From Candidatus Hermodarchaeota archaeon (GTDB lineage Archaea > Asgardarchaeota > Heimdallarchaeia > Hodarchaeales > Hodarchaeaceae): a stretch of DNA of 32,000 bases. Within the stretch, counting starts at the first letter, position 1. Each line of letters begins with the position of its first letter. The translations under genes were made by a program, and so were the position numbers. The stretch is from the NCBI GenBank assembly GCA_048886185.1, contig JBHLKY010000004.1:202576-234575 (forward strand), written 5' to 3'. A model generated the notes under the pieces. It saw nothing but the letters and a program-made list of their open reading frames with translations, was not told the origin of the DNA and made no database searches. This document shows positions 1 through 8,945 of this stretch, in pieces.

Positions 1-126
1 CTAGTATCTGGGTTATTATGTGTTAGTATTGGAGTATTAATTATTTTATTTAAATCTGGGCCTTTTAAAATTCATTCCATAATTAACATGCTGATTTTCA
101 GGTTTAGAAATTTCGTGATTACCTGA
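1..126 (+). CDS. 3' end of a membrane-anchored protein, truncated at the window edge (not in ORF track)
   Basis: Frame 1 is open for 41 codons (LVSGLLCVSIGVLIILFKSGPFK...FVIT). It has a hydrophobic TM-like stretch, and its TGA at 124-126 overlaps the next ATG (TGATG), typical of translational coupling. Confidence 0.55.
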   Translation, partial: LVSGLLCVSIGVLIILFKSGPFKIHSIINMLIFRFRNFVIT

Positions 127-767
127 TGGTGATAATTTTGATTGAAAAAACAATTGATCGAATTAAAAGAACCCTGCCTGAAGTTGAACATGTTGTCATG
201 TTTTATAACGATGGCACCGTGTTTCACAGTACATTTGAACACAAAGTAAATATACCAAAATTAGGAGAAAATATCTCTGAAACATTAGCTTCTCTGAAAA
301 AGATATATCAAATCTGTAACTTTGATTTAGAAAGTTATAACAAACTTGTATTTGAAACAACGGACGTCAATGTTATTATTCTAAGACTTGGGGAGAATAG
401 TAACCTTGCATTGTTTTTTAGGAAAAGGAGAGGAGAACTCAGAATTCAATCTATTCGTCAGTATATTGAGAGAGCTGAAGAATTATTAGATGTTGATAGA
501 GAGGAACTTGTTGAACAGAAGCTTGAAACAAAAGAAAGCCAATTACAGGAGTTGAAACTACAATTTGGGTCTCATCAATATAAATTAATAACACTTCAAG
601 AATATCTAAACGAAATTAAAGAGGAAGAGAAAGAAAAACAGTTATCTAAGGAGATAGAAAAAACAACTAGAGAGATTTTGAGAATTAAAGAAGAAATTGA
701 TAAAAAGATAGCTGAAATCAATGATGTAAAAGTAGAACTTAACCCAGAAGATTCATCAAGGACATAG
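126..767 (+). CDS. Roadblock/LC7-like domain protein with C-terminal coiled coil
   Basis: The N-terminal ~110 aa show a roadblock-like helix/strand pattern (VEHVVMFYNDGTVFHST...KLVFETTDVNVIILRLGENSNLALFF). The C-terminal half is E/K/Q/L-rich and heptad-like. Confidence 0.6.
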   Translation: MVIILIEKTIDRIKRTLPEVEHVVMFYNDGTVFHSTFEHKVNIPKLGENISETLASLKKIYQICNFDLESYNKLVFETTDVNVIILRLGENSNLALFFRKRRGELRIQSIRQYIERAEELLDVDREELVEQKLETKESQLQELKLQFGSHQYKLITLQEYLNEIKEEEKEKQLSKEIEKTTREILRIKEEIDKKIAEINDVKVELNPEDSSRT

Positions 768-780
768 TCATCTTTTTTCT

Positions 781-2748
781 TCAGGATAAGTTAGATCGTA
801 TTTTTTCAAAATAATCCAACGATTCAGGATTTGATAGCGCGCCACGATTTGTAACTGGTTTACCATGGAGAATATTAGTGACAGCAATTTCGACTTTCTT
901 CATGGAAAAAGTATATGGAATGTCAGGTGTTTCTAAAATTATAGCTGGGACATGTCTCGGAGACGTTTTCTCACGTAATACTTTCCTTATCCGATTTGTT
1001 AACTCTTCTGTTAATTTAAAACCAGGAGTAAGTTTTACAAATAGAATGACCCTTTGATCTCCTTTCCAGTTCTGGCCTATCGCCAGGCTATCTGTTATTT
1101 CATGAAACGCCTCAACAACGTTATATATTTCGGATGTACCGATTCTCACTCCTGAAGGTTTTAGAATTGCATCAGAACGGCCATACATTGTAAGTCCCCC
1201 TGTTTCACTGTGAAGTGCGCAGAAATCACCATGTCTCCACACATTTTTTCCAGCGGGTTGATAGAAATCAAAGTAAGCTTGCTTGTATCGTTTATTATCT
1301 GGATCATCCCAAAAGTATAGAGGCATACTCGGAGAAGGGGTTTCACACACAAGCTCCGCCTGCTGATCCCGCACAGGATTACCTGCTTCATCATAGGCTT
1401 CAATTTTCATTCCTAAGGCCCGTACTTGAATTTGGCCAGCATATACAGGTAGGATAGCACAACCCCCTGCGAAAATTGCATTTATATCAGAACCACCTGT
1501 AATTGAATTGAAATGTAAATCTTTCTTAATTTCTTTGTATAGCCATTCATTCACTTCAGCCGATATAGGTGAAGCTGTCTGAGAGATTATCCGTAATGAG
1601 GATAAATCGAAATCTTTTCTGGGTTGTACTCCTAAGCCACTGAGATAGTGAAGATAACTTGCACTGGTACCAAAAATTGTTATTTTTTCCTCCTGAATTA
1701 ATCTCCACATTGCTCCCCAATCAGGATATAGAGGATTTCCATCGTAAAGAACAATGGTCGCGCCAGTTGCTAAACAGCTAACTAACCAGTTCCACATCAT
1801 CCAACTTGGGGATGTAATATAGGTAATTACATCATCTCTTTTCAAATCAGTATGAAGCACAGTATCTCTAAGCTGGGTTATAAGAACTCCTCCAGTACTC
1901 TGCACCATACATTTAGGTTTTCCTGTCGTTCCTGATGAAAACATAATATACCCAGGGTGTGTGAAAGGTAATTGTTCGAATTGCATTTTGGGATGTTCAT
2001 CAGAAGATAAAAAATCTTTAAAATAGATTGAATTAGGAATATCATTGATTTCAGGTCTTTTTTCCACATATGAGGCAATGATGACTTTTTCAACAGATGG
2101 AAGTCCTCTTACTACTTCTTCAACGTTTTTCAAAGTTGGAAAAGCTCTTCCTTTGTAAAAATATCCATCTCCAGCAAAGAGAATCTTTGGTTTAATTTGT
2201 CCTAAGCGATTCAATACTGCTGTTGGGCCTAATTCAGCTCCACAAGCTGCCCAAGTTGTCCCTATACTTGTAGCCGCAAGCATTGCAACTACAGTTTCTA
2301 TTAAATTGGGCATATACGCTGCAACATTATCCCCAGAAACAACGCCAAATTCTCTTAATGTCTTCGCCAATCGGCTTACTTGGTTATTGAGCTCAGCGTA
2401 GGTCAAAACAGATCGAGTTTGCATTTCTCCCTTAAAAATAAACGCGATATGGTCATCTTTAAACTTTAAAAGATTCTCTGCAAAATTAAGTCGTGCGCCA
2501 TCAAACCATTTCAAGTCAAAAAAAGTATTCAAATTGTCTACGACTTTTGTATAACTTTGAGAGGAAATTATACCTCCAAAATCCCACATTGTAGCCCAAA
2601 AATCTTGAATGTTCTCAATCGACCAGCTATATAGTTGCGAATAAGAACTAATTTTCTGTTTATATTTTTCATTTACAAAGTTAATAAACTGGGTAATATT
2701 CGCGTGTTTTAACCACTCTTTAGAGGGTCTCCAAAGTAGTTTTCCCAA
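781..2748 (-). CDS. Acetoacetate--CoA ligase (AACS family, ANL superfamily)
   Basis: AMP-binding motif YIMFSSGTTGKPKC, plus WFDGARLNFAENLL, WMMWNWLVS, GRSDAILKPSGVRIGTSEIY and KKVEIAV. TTG start with GAGG 8 nt upstream. Confidence 0.92.
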   Translation of the reverse strand: MGKLLWRPSKEWLKHANITQFINFVNEKYKQKISSYSQLYSWSIENIQDFWATMWDFGGIISSQSYTKVVDNLNTFFDLKWFDGARLNFAENLLKFKDDHIAFIFKGEMQTRSVLTYAELNNQVSRLAKTLREFGVVSGDNVAAYMPNLIETVVAMLAATSIGTTWAACGAELGPTAVLNRLGQIKPKILFAGDGYFYKGRAFPTLKNVEEVVRGLPSVEKVIIASYVEKRPEINDIPNSIYFKDFLSSDEHPKMQFEQLPFTHPGYIMFSSGTTGKPKCMVQSTGGVLITQLRDTVLHTDLKRDDVITYITSPSWMMWNWLVSCLATGATIVLYDGNPLYPDWGAMWRLIQEEKITIFGTSASYLHYLSGLGVQPRKDFDLSSLRIISQTASPISAEVNEWLYKEIKKDLHFNSITGGSDINAIFAGGCAILPVYAGQIQVRALGMKIEAYDEAGNPVRDQQAELVCETPSPSMPLYFWDDPDNKRYKQAYFDFYQPAGKNVWRHGDFCALHSETGGLTMYGRSDAILKPSGVRIGTSEIYNVVEAFHEITDSLAIGQNWKGDQRVILFVKLTPGFKLTEELTNRIRKVLREKTSPRHVPAIILETPDIPYTFSMKKVEIAVTNILHGKPVTNRGALSNPESLDYFEKIRSNLS

Positions 2749-2805
2749 ATTTTTTTCCTCAAATTTAAGAAATTTATAGAAAAAAGAAGTTTGGAGATAT
2801 TGATG

Positions 2806-3471
2806 TCATATACTCCGTTTTAAGATTTTAATCCATTCATAAACTGGTTCACATAGCTTTTTGATTCGTTCTTTCTCAGGAGTCATGGGAGATGGACGCC
2901 AGCTTGGCTCTGGTTCAAACCAAAAATCAATAAGGTTACCAACTCGCTTCTTCTTAGTAAACTTAATAATAACTGGCATATCTGTTTCAACATGCCATGG
3001 TTCCTCTATTTTTAATATATTCGCAATAGCAGTCTTACTTTCTCCAACAAGAACGTAAGCTAAAACAAAAGGTAGTTTCTTTAACGCGCTCTTGGCTGCA
3101 AAACCACAGATGGTGAAAGTATGTAGAATTCCTGAATGAGGCATTTCAACCCACTCTGTTATTTCAAGTTTACACTCAAGATTCCAACAGTTAACACGGG
3201 GGGGAAAAGTAATATCCCCACATTTTGGGCATCTGGTTCCAAGTAATTTTCCTTCAAGTAATCCTTTAGCATATGGGCTCAAGGCACCCAATCGGAATGT
3301 GTATAACATATCATAGTATATTTGTTGTTCTATCCAGTCAGTACCCCCTGCTGTACCTGCTCGAACATTCTGCCAGACCCATCCTTGTTCAGGTATTAAC
3401 TCATTTATTTTAGACCATTTTTGCCAATTGAAATCTTTATTGTTTGGAGTTTGATGTAAATTCTTTTTCAT
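2806..3471 (-). CDS. DUF35 family Zn-ribbon/OB-fold protein (thiolase partner)
   Basis: GKLLGTRCPKCGDITFPPRVNCWNLEC Zn ribbon followed by an OB-fold-like region (GILHTFT...LPFVLAYV). Lies directly downstream of the thiolase-like gene. Confidence 0.88.
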   Translation of the reverse strand: MKKNLHQTPNNKDFNWQKWSKINELIPEQGWVWQNVRAGTAGGTDWIEQQIYYDMLYTFRLGALSPYAKGLLEGKLLGTRCPKCGDITFPPRVNCWNLECKLEITEWVEMPHSGILHTFTICGFAAKSALKKLPFVLAYVLVGESKTAIANILKIEEPWHVETDMPVIIKFTKKKRVGNLIDFWFEPEPSWRPSPMTPEKERIKKLCEPVYEWIKILKRSI

Positions 3472-3482
3472 CTAATATTACC

Positions 3483-4754
3483 TCACGCTCTCTTTAGGAT
3501 GAAATTGCTAATGGATGTGCCTGTTCCTGCATGAGAATTGACTAAACCAACTTCAGCATCTTTGACTTCATTTTCTGTTGATCTGTGTTCCCTTGGAATC
3601 AAACCTCCAAGTTGATAATAACACTCAATGGTAGACATCAATCCAGTTGCACCAACTGGATGGCCATATCCAATAAGTCCACCACCAGGATTTGTAGGAA
3701 TTTCGCCTTCCATCATAGGCATTCTATCCTGAATGAATTGTTTGGGAGTAACTGACTCACACCATCCAAGAGCATTATATATTTGGAATTCAGAGGTTGA
3801 AAATGCATCATGGACTTCTGCTACATCCAAGTACTTATAGGAATCCTTCCATTCAATTCCAGCCATTTTGAATGCGATTTCTGCGGAATGACGACATGCA
3901 GCAAACTCGCCTAACCCAGGATAGCCCTCTCCATATCTTTCTGTCCATCCTGGAAACGCATAACGATCACCTGCACGAATAGTACAAGAGGATAATCCAG
4001 CACCAGTAATCTCGACGTAGTGATCTGGTGAATATTGTTTAGCGAACTGTTCGTTACACACCAAGACCGTAGCAGCTCCCTCAGACATGAAACAACAATC
4101 CCACTTCTTTAATGGATATGAAATTAGTCGACTATTCATGACATCATCCACAGTCATTTTTTTCTCTCCAAGTTTCCTGAAATGTTGTGCCTTTTCACCA
4201 GTCGCTGCGGCGTTATTCTTATTTTTAACCGCTATTTCAGCAAAATCCTCTTCTGTCAGTCCATACTTTTCCATAAATACTCTTGCTAGCCCTGCATAGT
4301 AATTTGTATAGTTTGCTCCGAGCATTGCTTCATACCTAGTATCTGACGCAATCGCTATGAATTCTGATCCTTTGCTCTGTGAAACTGATCCCATTAATTC
4401 ATACCCAATTACAGGAACAATGTCTGCAAGTCCCGCTCGTACGAGAGCATAAGCTGCATACAGAGCTGATCCACCAGTATTACCCCCATTATCAATCCGA
4501 AAATGAGGAACTCCAACTAGGCCCAGATGGTCATGCAATATCCAATAGCTAGTAAGTTGGTGGGCAAAATGCACACTGAAATGACTGTAAACCACCATTC
4601 CGTGTTCCCTTACATCTTTCAGATGAAATTCAGGAACATCAGTATATAATTGACGTATACAATTCGCTACCATCTCTTCGATTTGGAGATTTAAGGGGTA
4701 ATCGAAGGGTGTGGTAGTCCCTCCTGCGATATACACCTTTTGTTGTTCTGGCAT
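3483..4754 (-). CDS. SCP2-type thiolase-fold protein lacking the canonical acetyl-acceptor cysteine
   Basis: Motifs DCCFMSEGAA, AEVHDAF, NPGGGLIGYGHPVGATG. The usual ExxCASG site reads DNGGNTGG. Confidence 0.85.
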   Translation of the reverse strand: MPEQQKVYIAGGTTTPFDYPLNLQIEEMVANCIRQLYTDVPEFHLKDVREHGMVVYSHFSVHFAHQLTSYWILHDHLGLVGVPHFRIDNGGNTGGSALYAAYALVRAGLADIVPVIGYELMGSVSQSKGSEFIAIASDTRYEAMLGANYTNYYAGLARVFMEKYGLTEEDFAEIAVKNKNNAAATGEKAQHFRKLGEKKMTVDDVMNSRLISYPLKKWDCCFMSEGAATVLVCNEQFAKQYSPDHYVEITGAGLSSCTIRAGDRYAFPGWTERYGEGYPGLGEFAACRHSAEIAFKMAGIEWKDSYKYLDVAEVHDAFSTSEFQIYNALGWCESVTPKQFIQDRMPMMEGEIPTNPGGGLIGYGHPVGATGLMSTIECYYQLGGLIPREHRSTENEVKDAEVGLVNSHAGTGTSISNFILKRA

Positions 4755-5035
4755 GACTTATTCACTTATTTTTATTTAACTGAATTTTTCATAGGTTATA
4801 TTAAAGTCATAAATCAAAAAATTTCCACCTGCCTTAAAGCTCTTCTATTTAAAAAATCCTCCTTATGTGGCATTAATCTTTCAAGATATATTTATAATGT
4901 GATTAAATTGAAAGAAAGCACACATGTCTTATTTAATTGATGAAGCTATTAAAGTATCCAAAAACAGGATATGTCGTACTAATAATCTAGTTATTAGATG
5001 AAGTTATAACAGGACTAATTGTTGTAGAGATTGAA

Positions 5036-6574
5036 ATGCAATACATCTTAGCTATAGATAGTGGATCTACTGGGATAAAAGCTGTCCTAGTTAATAAAAA
5101 AGGAGAGATTATTGCCCGTGAGTATGAGCAAATAACACATCTCCGTCCAAAAGTAGGGTGGATTGAACATGATCCTATCGATCTTTGGCAATCATTGTTA
5201 ACTGTTGTCAATCGTCTTTTTCAAGTTTCTAATCTATCTCCAGAAGATATTGCGGCAATTGGTATCACTAATCAGCGAGCAAGCTTCACAATGTGGGAAA
5301 AAGATACTGGTAAACCAGTAATTAACTTTATTAACTGGGCCGATGTTCGTGCAGCAGATACATGTAAATTAATGAATAATAATAAAAAGTGGCGCCTCTT
5401 AAAGAAAATCTCTTGGATTCTTAGTAAAATCACGCGGAATACCATGCTCACTGCAACTTCAATGCTTGATTTTACCACAGATCATGTCACAGTACGCTTA
5501 TGTTGGGTATTAGACAATATCGAAGACCTATATGAGAGATGTAAGAGGGGAGAAATAGCATTTGGCACAATAGATACTTGGTTCATTTACAAGTTAACAG
5601 GAGGAAAAATCCACGCTTCTGATTATAGTAATGCAGCAACAGGGCTCTTAAATCCTTTTCAATTGAAATGGAATAAAATCATCTTAAAAATCTTCAAAAT
5701 TCCAGAGAAAATTCTTCCTAACCTTAAAGATTCAATTGGTGATTACGGAACCACGGATTTTTCCTTATTTCAGGGAGCTGAGATTCCAATTCGTGCTGCT
5801 TGTGGTGATCAACAAGCTTCGCTTTTTGGTCAATGTTGTTTTCATTCTGGAGATGTTAAGATTTCTCAAGGTTCAGGAAGTTTTGTTGATATGAATGTGG
5901 GAGAAAAAGGAAAACTTTCAAAGCGAGGATTATTTCCTCTTATTGCTTGGGTGATTAACGGGAATCCAACATATATGCTTGAAGGATTTGTAGCTACGGC
6001 TGGAACTCTTATTGATTGGCTTGATCAAGGTATAGGTTTAAGTGATACACCTCAAGTGTTGAATGAATATGCTTCTCAATGTTCTGATACAGAAGGAGTG
6101 ATCTTTATTCCAACTCCATCAGGCATTCGCTTCCCCTACTTCTCTCCAAACGCGCGAGGTGCAATTTTAGGATTATCTTTGAATACACACCGTAAACATG
6201 TAGCTCGTGCAGTATTTGAAGGAATCTCTCTTCGACTTGTTGATATACTTGAAGGACTAGAACAAGATACAAAGATTCCGATTCGTTCAATTAAAACTGA
6301 CGGTGGAGTGTCCAAATCAGACATTTTATTGCAGTGTCTTGCTGATTTTGCAAACTTAGAAGTCAAACGTTCTCCAGAACTAGATATGACTGCAACTGGT
6401 ATTGCGTTTTTAGCAGGACTAAGTGTTTCTTACTGGCAAGACATTGATGAATTACAGCAAATTTATGCTAGTCTGAAACCTACAATATTTCGGCCTCAAA
6501 TGGATTCTAGTATTCGTCAAGCTAAGATTTATAGTTGGAAACAAGCTTTAAAGGTAATTTTAACCGTTAAATGA
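5036..6574 (+). CDS. FGGY carbohydrate kinase, glycerol kinase 5 (GK5)-like
   Basis: Motifs LAIDSGSTG, GITNQRASF, FGTIDTW, GDQQASLFGQCCF and DGGVSKSD. An amphipathic insertion follows WADVRA (KKWRLLKKISWILSKITRNTMLTATSMLDFT), which I recall from eukaryotic GK5. Confidence 0.85.
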   Translation: MQYILAIDSGSTGIKAVLVNKKGEIIAREYEQITHLRPKVGWIEHDPIDLWQSLLTVVNRLFQVSNLSPEDIAAIGITNQRASFTMWEKDTGKPVINFINWADVRAADTCKLMNNNKKWRLLKKISWILSKITRNTMLTATSMLDFTTDHVTVRLCWVLDNIEDLYERCKRGEIAFGTIDTWFIYKLTGGKIHASDYSNAATGLLNPFQLKWNKIILKIFKIPEKILPNLKDSIGDYGTTDFSLFQGAEIPIRAACGDQQASLFGQCCFHSGDVKISQGSGSFVDMNVGEKGKLSKRGLFPLIAWVINGNPTYMLEGFVATAGTLIDWLDQGIGLSDTPQVLNEYASQCSDTEGVIFIPTPSGIRFPYFSPNARGAILGLSLNTHRKHVARAVFEGISLRLVDILEGLEQDTKIPIRSIKTDGGVSKSDILLQCLADFANLEVKRSPELDMTATGIAFLAGLSVSYWQDIDELQQIYASLKPTIFRPQMDSSIRQAKIYSWKQALKVILTVK

Positions 6575-6580
6575 ATAATA

Positions 6581-8893
6581 ATGACTTCCAATTCTCTTAA
6601 TGAACTAACACAGATCCTACCTTACTTCATATCATCTGTACAAGAATCTATACTTGATCAAATTATCAGAATAGGCCGACGACAGCTCACAGATTTAGAT
6701 GGGAAAAAATACCAAGCTGGAACTCATCATGTTTTGGAAAGATTTTTCAACCAAACAAAAAAGCCTCTAGGTCCTTCCTCTATTAAAAAGGTGAGAAGTA
6801 AAGTTGTATTGTATTCAACTTTAAATTATTTAGCCAAGTTAATTCTTTCTAAATATATGAAAATTAATGAAAAATCATCTAAATATAAGTTAAATCTTCC
6901 AAATACAGATTTTGATTATTTTTATCCCTCTAAAAAAGTGAAAACAGATATCTCTGGTACTCTTACGAAGTATAATATTAAGAAACTGAATATTTATCAA
7001 ATTGGAATCTTATATCAGGAAATTCTAAAATTATGTCAACTTCAACAAACTCTAGGAGCATTTTATACTCCTAAAGAAACAGTAGATTATATGGTATCAA
7101 AGCTTGATCTTTCATCTAATCCAATTATTATTGATCCTGCCTGCGGAAATGGACAATTTCTAGAAGGTTGCATAAGCGAAGTCAAAAGAAGCCTGAGAAA
7201 TGAGGGTTACTCAGACTTAGATGCAACAAAGAAAGCTATCTCTCATATTTGGGGAATTGATGTTGATCCTTTTGCGGTACTTCTTTCTACTCTTAGAATA
7301 TTTTTCTTAAGCGGCGAATATTATGTGCAATGGAAATCTAACGTGTTCAATTTTGATACTCTTGACTTGAAGAACTGGATTCACTTTTTAAATGGTCAAA
7401 ACTTCGATTGTATCATAGGGAATCCTCCCTACGGAAGAAAATCTCCATCATATCTTAAAAATATATACAAACAAATATATCATGACCTTGCCAGCGTTTA
7501 TGGTTACAAATTGGGGGCAAACGATCTCTACACGTTATTTTTGGCCAATGCAATTCATAACGTAAAGAATAATGGAACTATTTGTTTTATTCTTAGTGAT
7601 ACTTTTCTTTCCTTGAAATCGCATACGATTCTCAGACGTTTGATTTTAGATACTTGTAAGATCAATGAAATATTGCTTGCTCCCATTGACCTATTTAGGC
7701 CGATGACGACATCACGAACCTGTATTATAACTTTAACCAAACGATTGTGTGAGAAAGGATACAGTGTTTCATCAAGAGAAAATAACCAACAGAATAAAAG
7801 TCACTGTGATTGCGATAGTTGTAGTAATCGTAAAACTAATAAAATAAAATTAATCGATCGGCTGAAAACTCAAAATGAGTATTTTAAACCTCCAAAAAAG
7901 AAGGTAAAATTTATTAATCAAGAAGAATATGAATGGGTAAAGGGTACTCCCTTTTGGGTAAATGTTGATTTAAACTTCATTCAAATAATGCGATTGTGTA
8001 ATTCTATAAACCCTAATAATGTTAAGAATGGATGGAAATATGAAGAATTAAGGGAGCACATTATTGGAGGTGAGGGATTATCCACTGGTGACAATTATGG
8101 ACATCTTGTTATTATAAAAGGATCAAAACTTTGGGAGGACTTACATAACCGTGGTAGTATTAAGCTTGACAAATATCGGATTTTGGGCAAGGATAAAATT
8201 ATTGATTTGTCCATTGTAAATAAAGAGATACTAGAACATTATAGGTTAAATGGTATTAACGGAGATAAATTTCTTGTGCCCTTTGAAAGAGGATCATATT
8301 ATCCATATTGGGGGTCTGAAGGATGGTATATCGATTGGAGTCCTGATTCAGTAAAGCTAATAAAAACTCGTGCACGAGATTCAAAAGGAAGACAGTCTGT
8401 TTTTAGAAATCCTGATCTTTATTTTAGAAGGGGAATCACAACTAATGCCCACCACGGGGTAATAAAAGCAACTCTGGTTGAATATGCAATTGTAGCTGGG
8501 AATAGCAATTTATTTTATGGTTCAACATTAGAAACAGAGTTTGTTTTGGGTTATTTAAATTCTAAACTAGCAAGTTACTTTTTAGGAAAAATAATTAATA
8601 CCACTCTTGGTGGTATGAGTGGTCATGCTACTCCAGAGGATTTTAAGCGTCTACCAGTTCGTATACCTGAGAAAGAGGATATGAGTAATTTTTTCAATCA
8701 ATTAAAGAATCAAGTAATTGAAAAGGTGAAAGAAATCATAAATTTATTAAAAAAACAGCCTAAAGCAGATTTTTCTAAAAAGCAAGAGGAAATAGATGAA
8801 TTAATTTTTGATTGGTTTGACCTTGACGAAACTGAAAAAAACGACGTAAATAATTATTTAAATCAATCAAATTACGAGAAAAAGCACTATTAA
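6581..8893 (+). CDS. N6-adenine DNA methyltransferase (gamma order, Eco57I/PglX-like TRD), no adjacent nuclease
   Basis: Motif X GAFYTP, motif I IIDPACGNGQFL, motif IV IGNPPYG (7421-7432). C-terminal TRD with GLSTGDN, PFERG..YWG..WYIDW and RNPDLYFRRGIT. Confidence 0.85.
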   Translation: MTSNSLNELTQILPYFISSVQESILDQIIRIGRRQLTDLDGKKYQAGTHHVLERFFNQTKKPLGPSSIKKVRSKVVLYSTLNYLAKLILSKYMKINEKSSKYKLNLPNTDFDYFYPSKKVKTDISGTLTKYNIKKLNIYQIGILYQEILKLCQLQQTLGAFYTPKETVDYMVSKLDLSSNPIIIDPACGNGQFLEGCISEVKRSLRNEGYSDLDATKKAISHIWGIDVDPFAVLLSTLRIFFLSGEYYVQWKSNVFNFDTLDLKNWIHFLNGQNFDCIIGNPPYGRKSPSYLKNIYKQIYHDLASVYGYKLGANDLYTLFLANAIHNVKNNGTICFILSDTFLSLKSHTILRRLILDTCKINEILLAPIDLFRPMTTSRTCIITLTKRLCEKGYSVSSRENNQQNKSHCDCDSCSNRKTNKIKLIDRLKTQNEYFKPPKKKVKFINQEEYEWVKGTPFWVNVDLNFIQIMRLCNSINPNNVKNGWKYEELREHIIGGEGLSTGDNYGHLVIIKGSKLWEDLHNRGSIKLDKYRILGKDKIIDLSIVNKEILEHYRLNGINGDKFLVPFERGSYYPYWGSEGWYIDWSPDSVKLIKTRARDSKGRQSVFRNPDLYFRRGITTNAHHGVIKATLVEYAIVAGNSNLFYGSTLETEFVLGYLNSKLASYFLGKIINTTLGGMSGHATPEDFKRLPVRIPEKEDMSNFFNQLKNQVIEKVKEIINLLKKQPKADFSKKQEEIDELIFDWFDLDETEKNDVNNYLNQSNYEKKHY

Positions 8894-8945
8894 AGCGATC
8901 TATTTTATACCAGAAATTTTCAATTAACCTAGTCTTGGGAAAGAA

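Noticed and set aside
4755-5035. Divergent intergenic region with a 25-codon ORF (from 4924) and the 66-aa track ORF 4740-4940
   Set aside because: No SD support or protein-like features; the AT-rich promoter region explains them.
6581-8893. Full BREX or restriction-modification locus
   Set aside because: No brxC/pglY, pglZ, brxL or restriction nuclease gene lies in the window.
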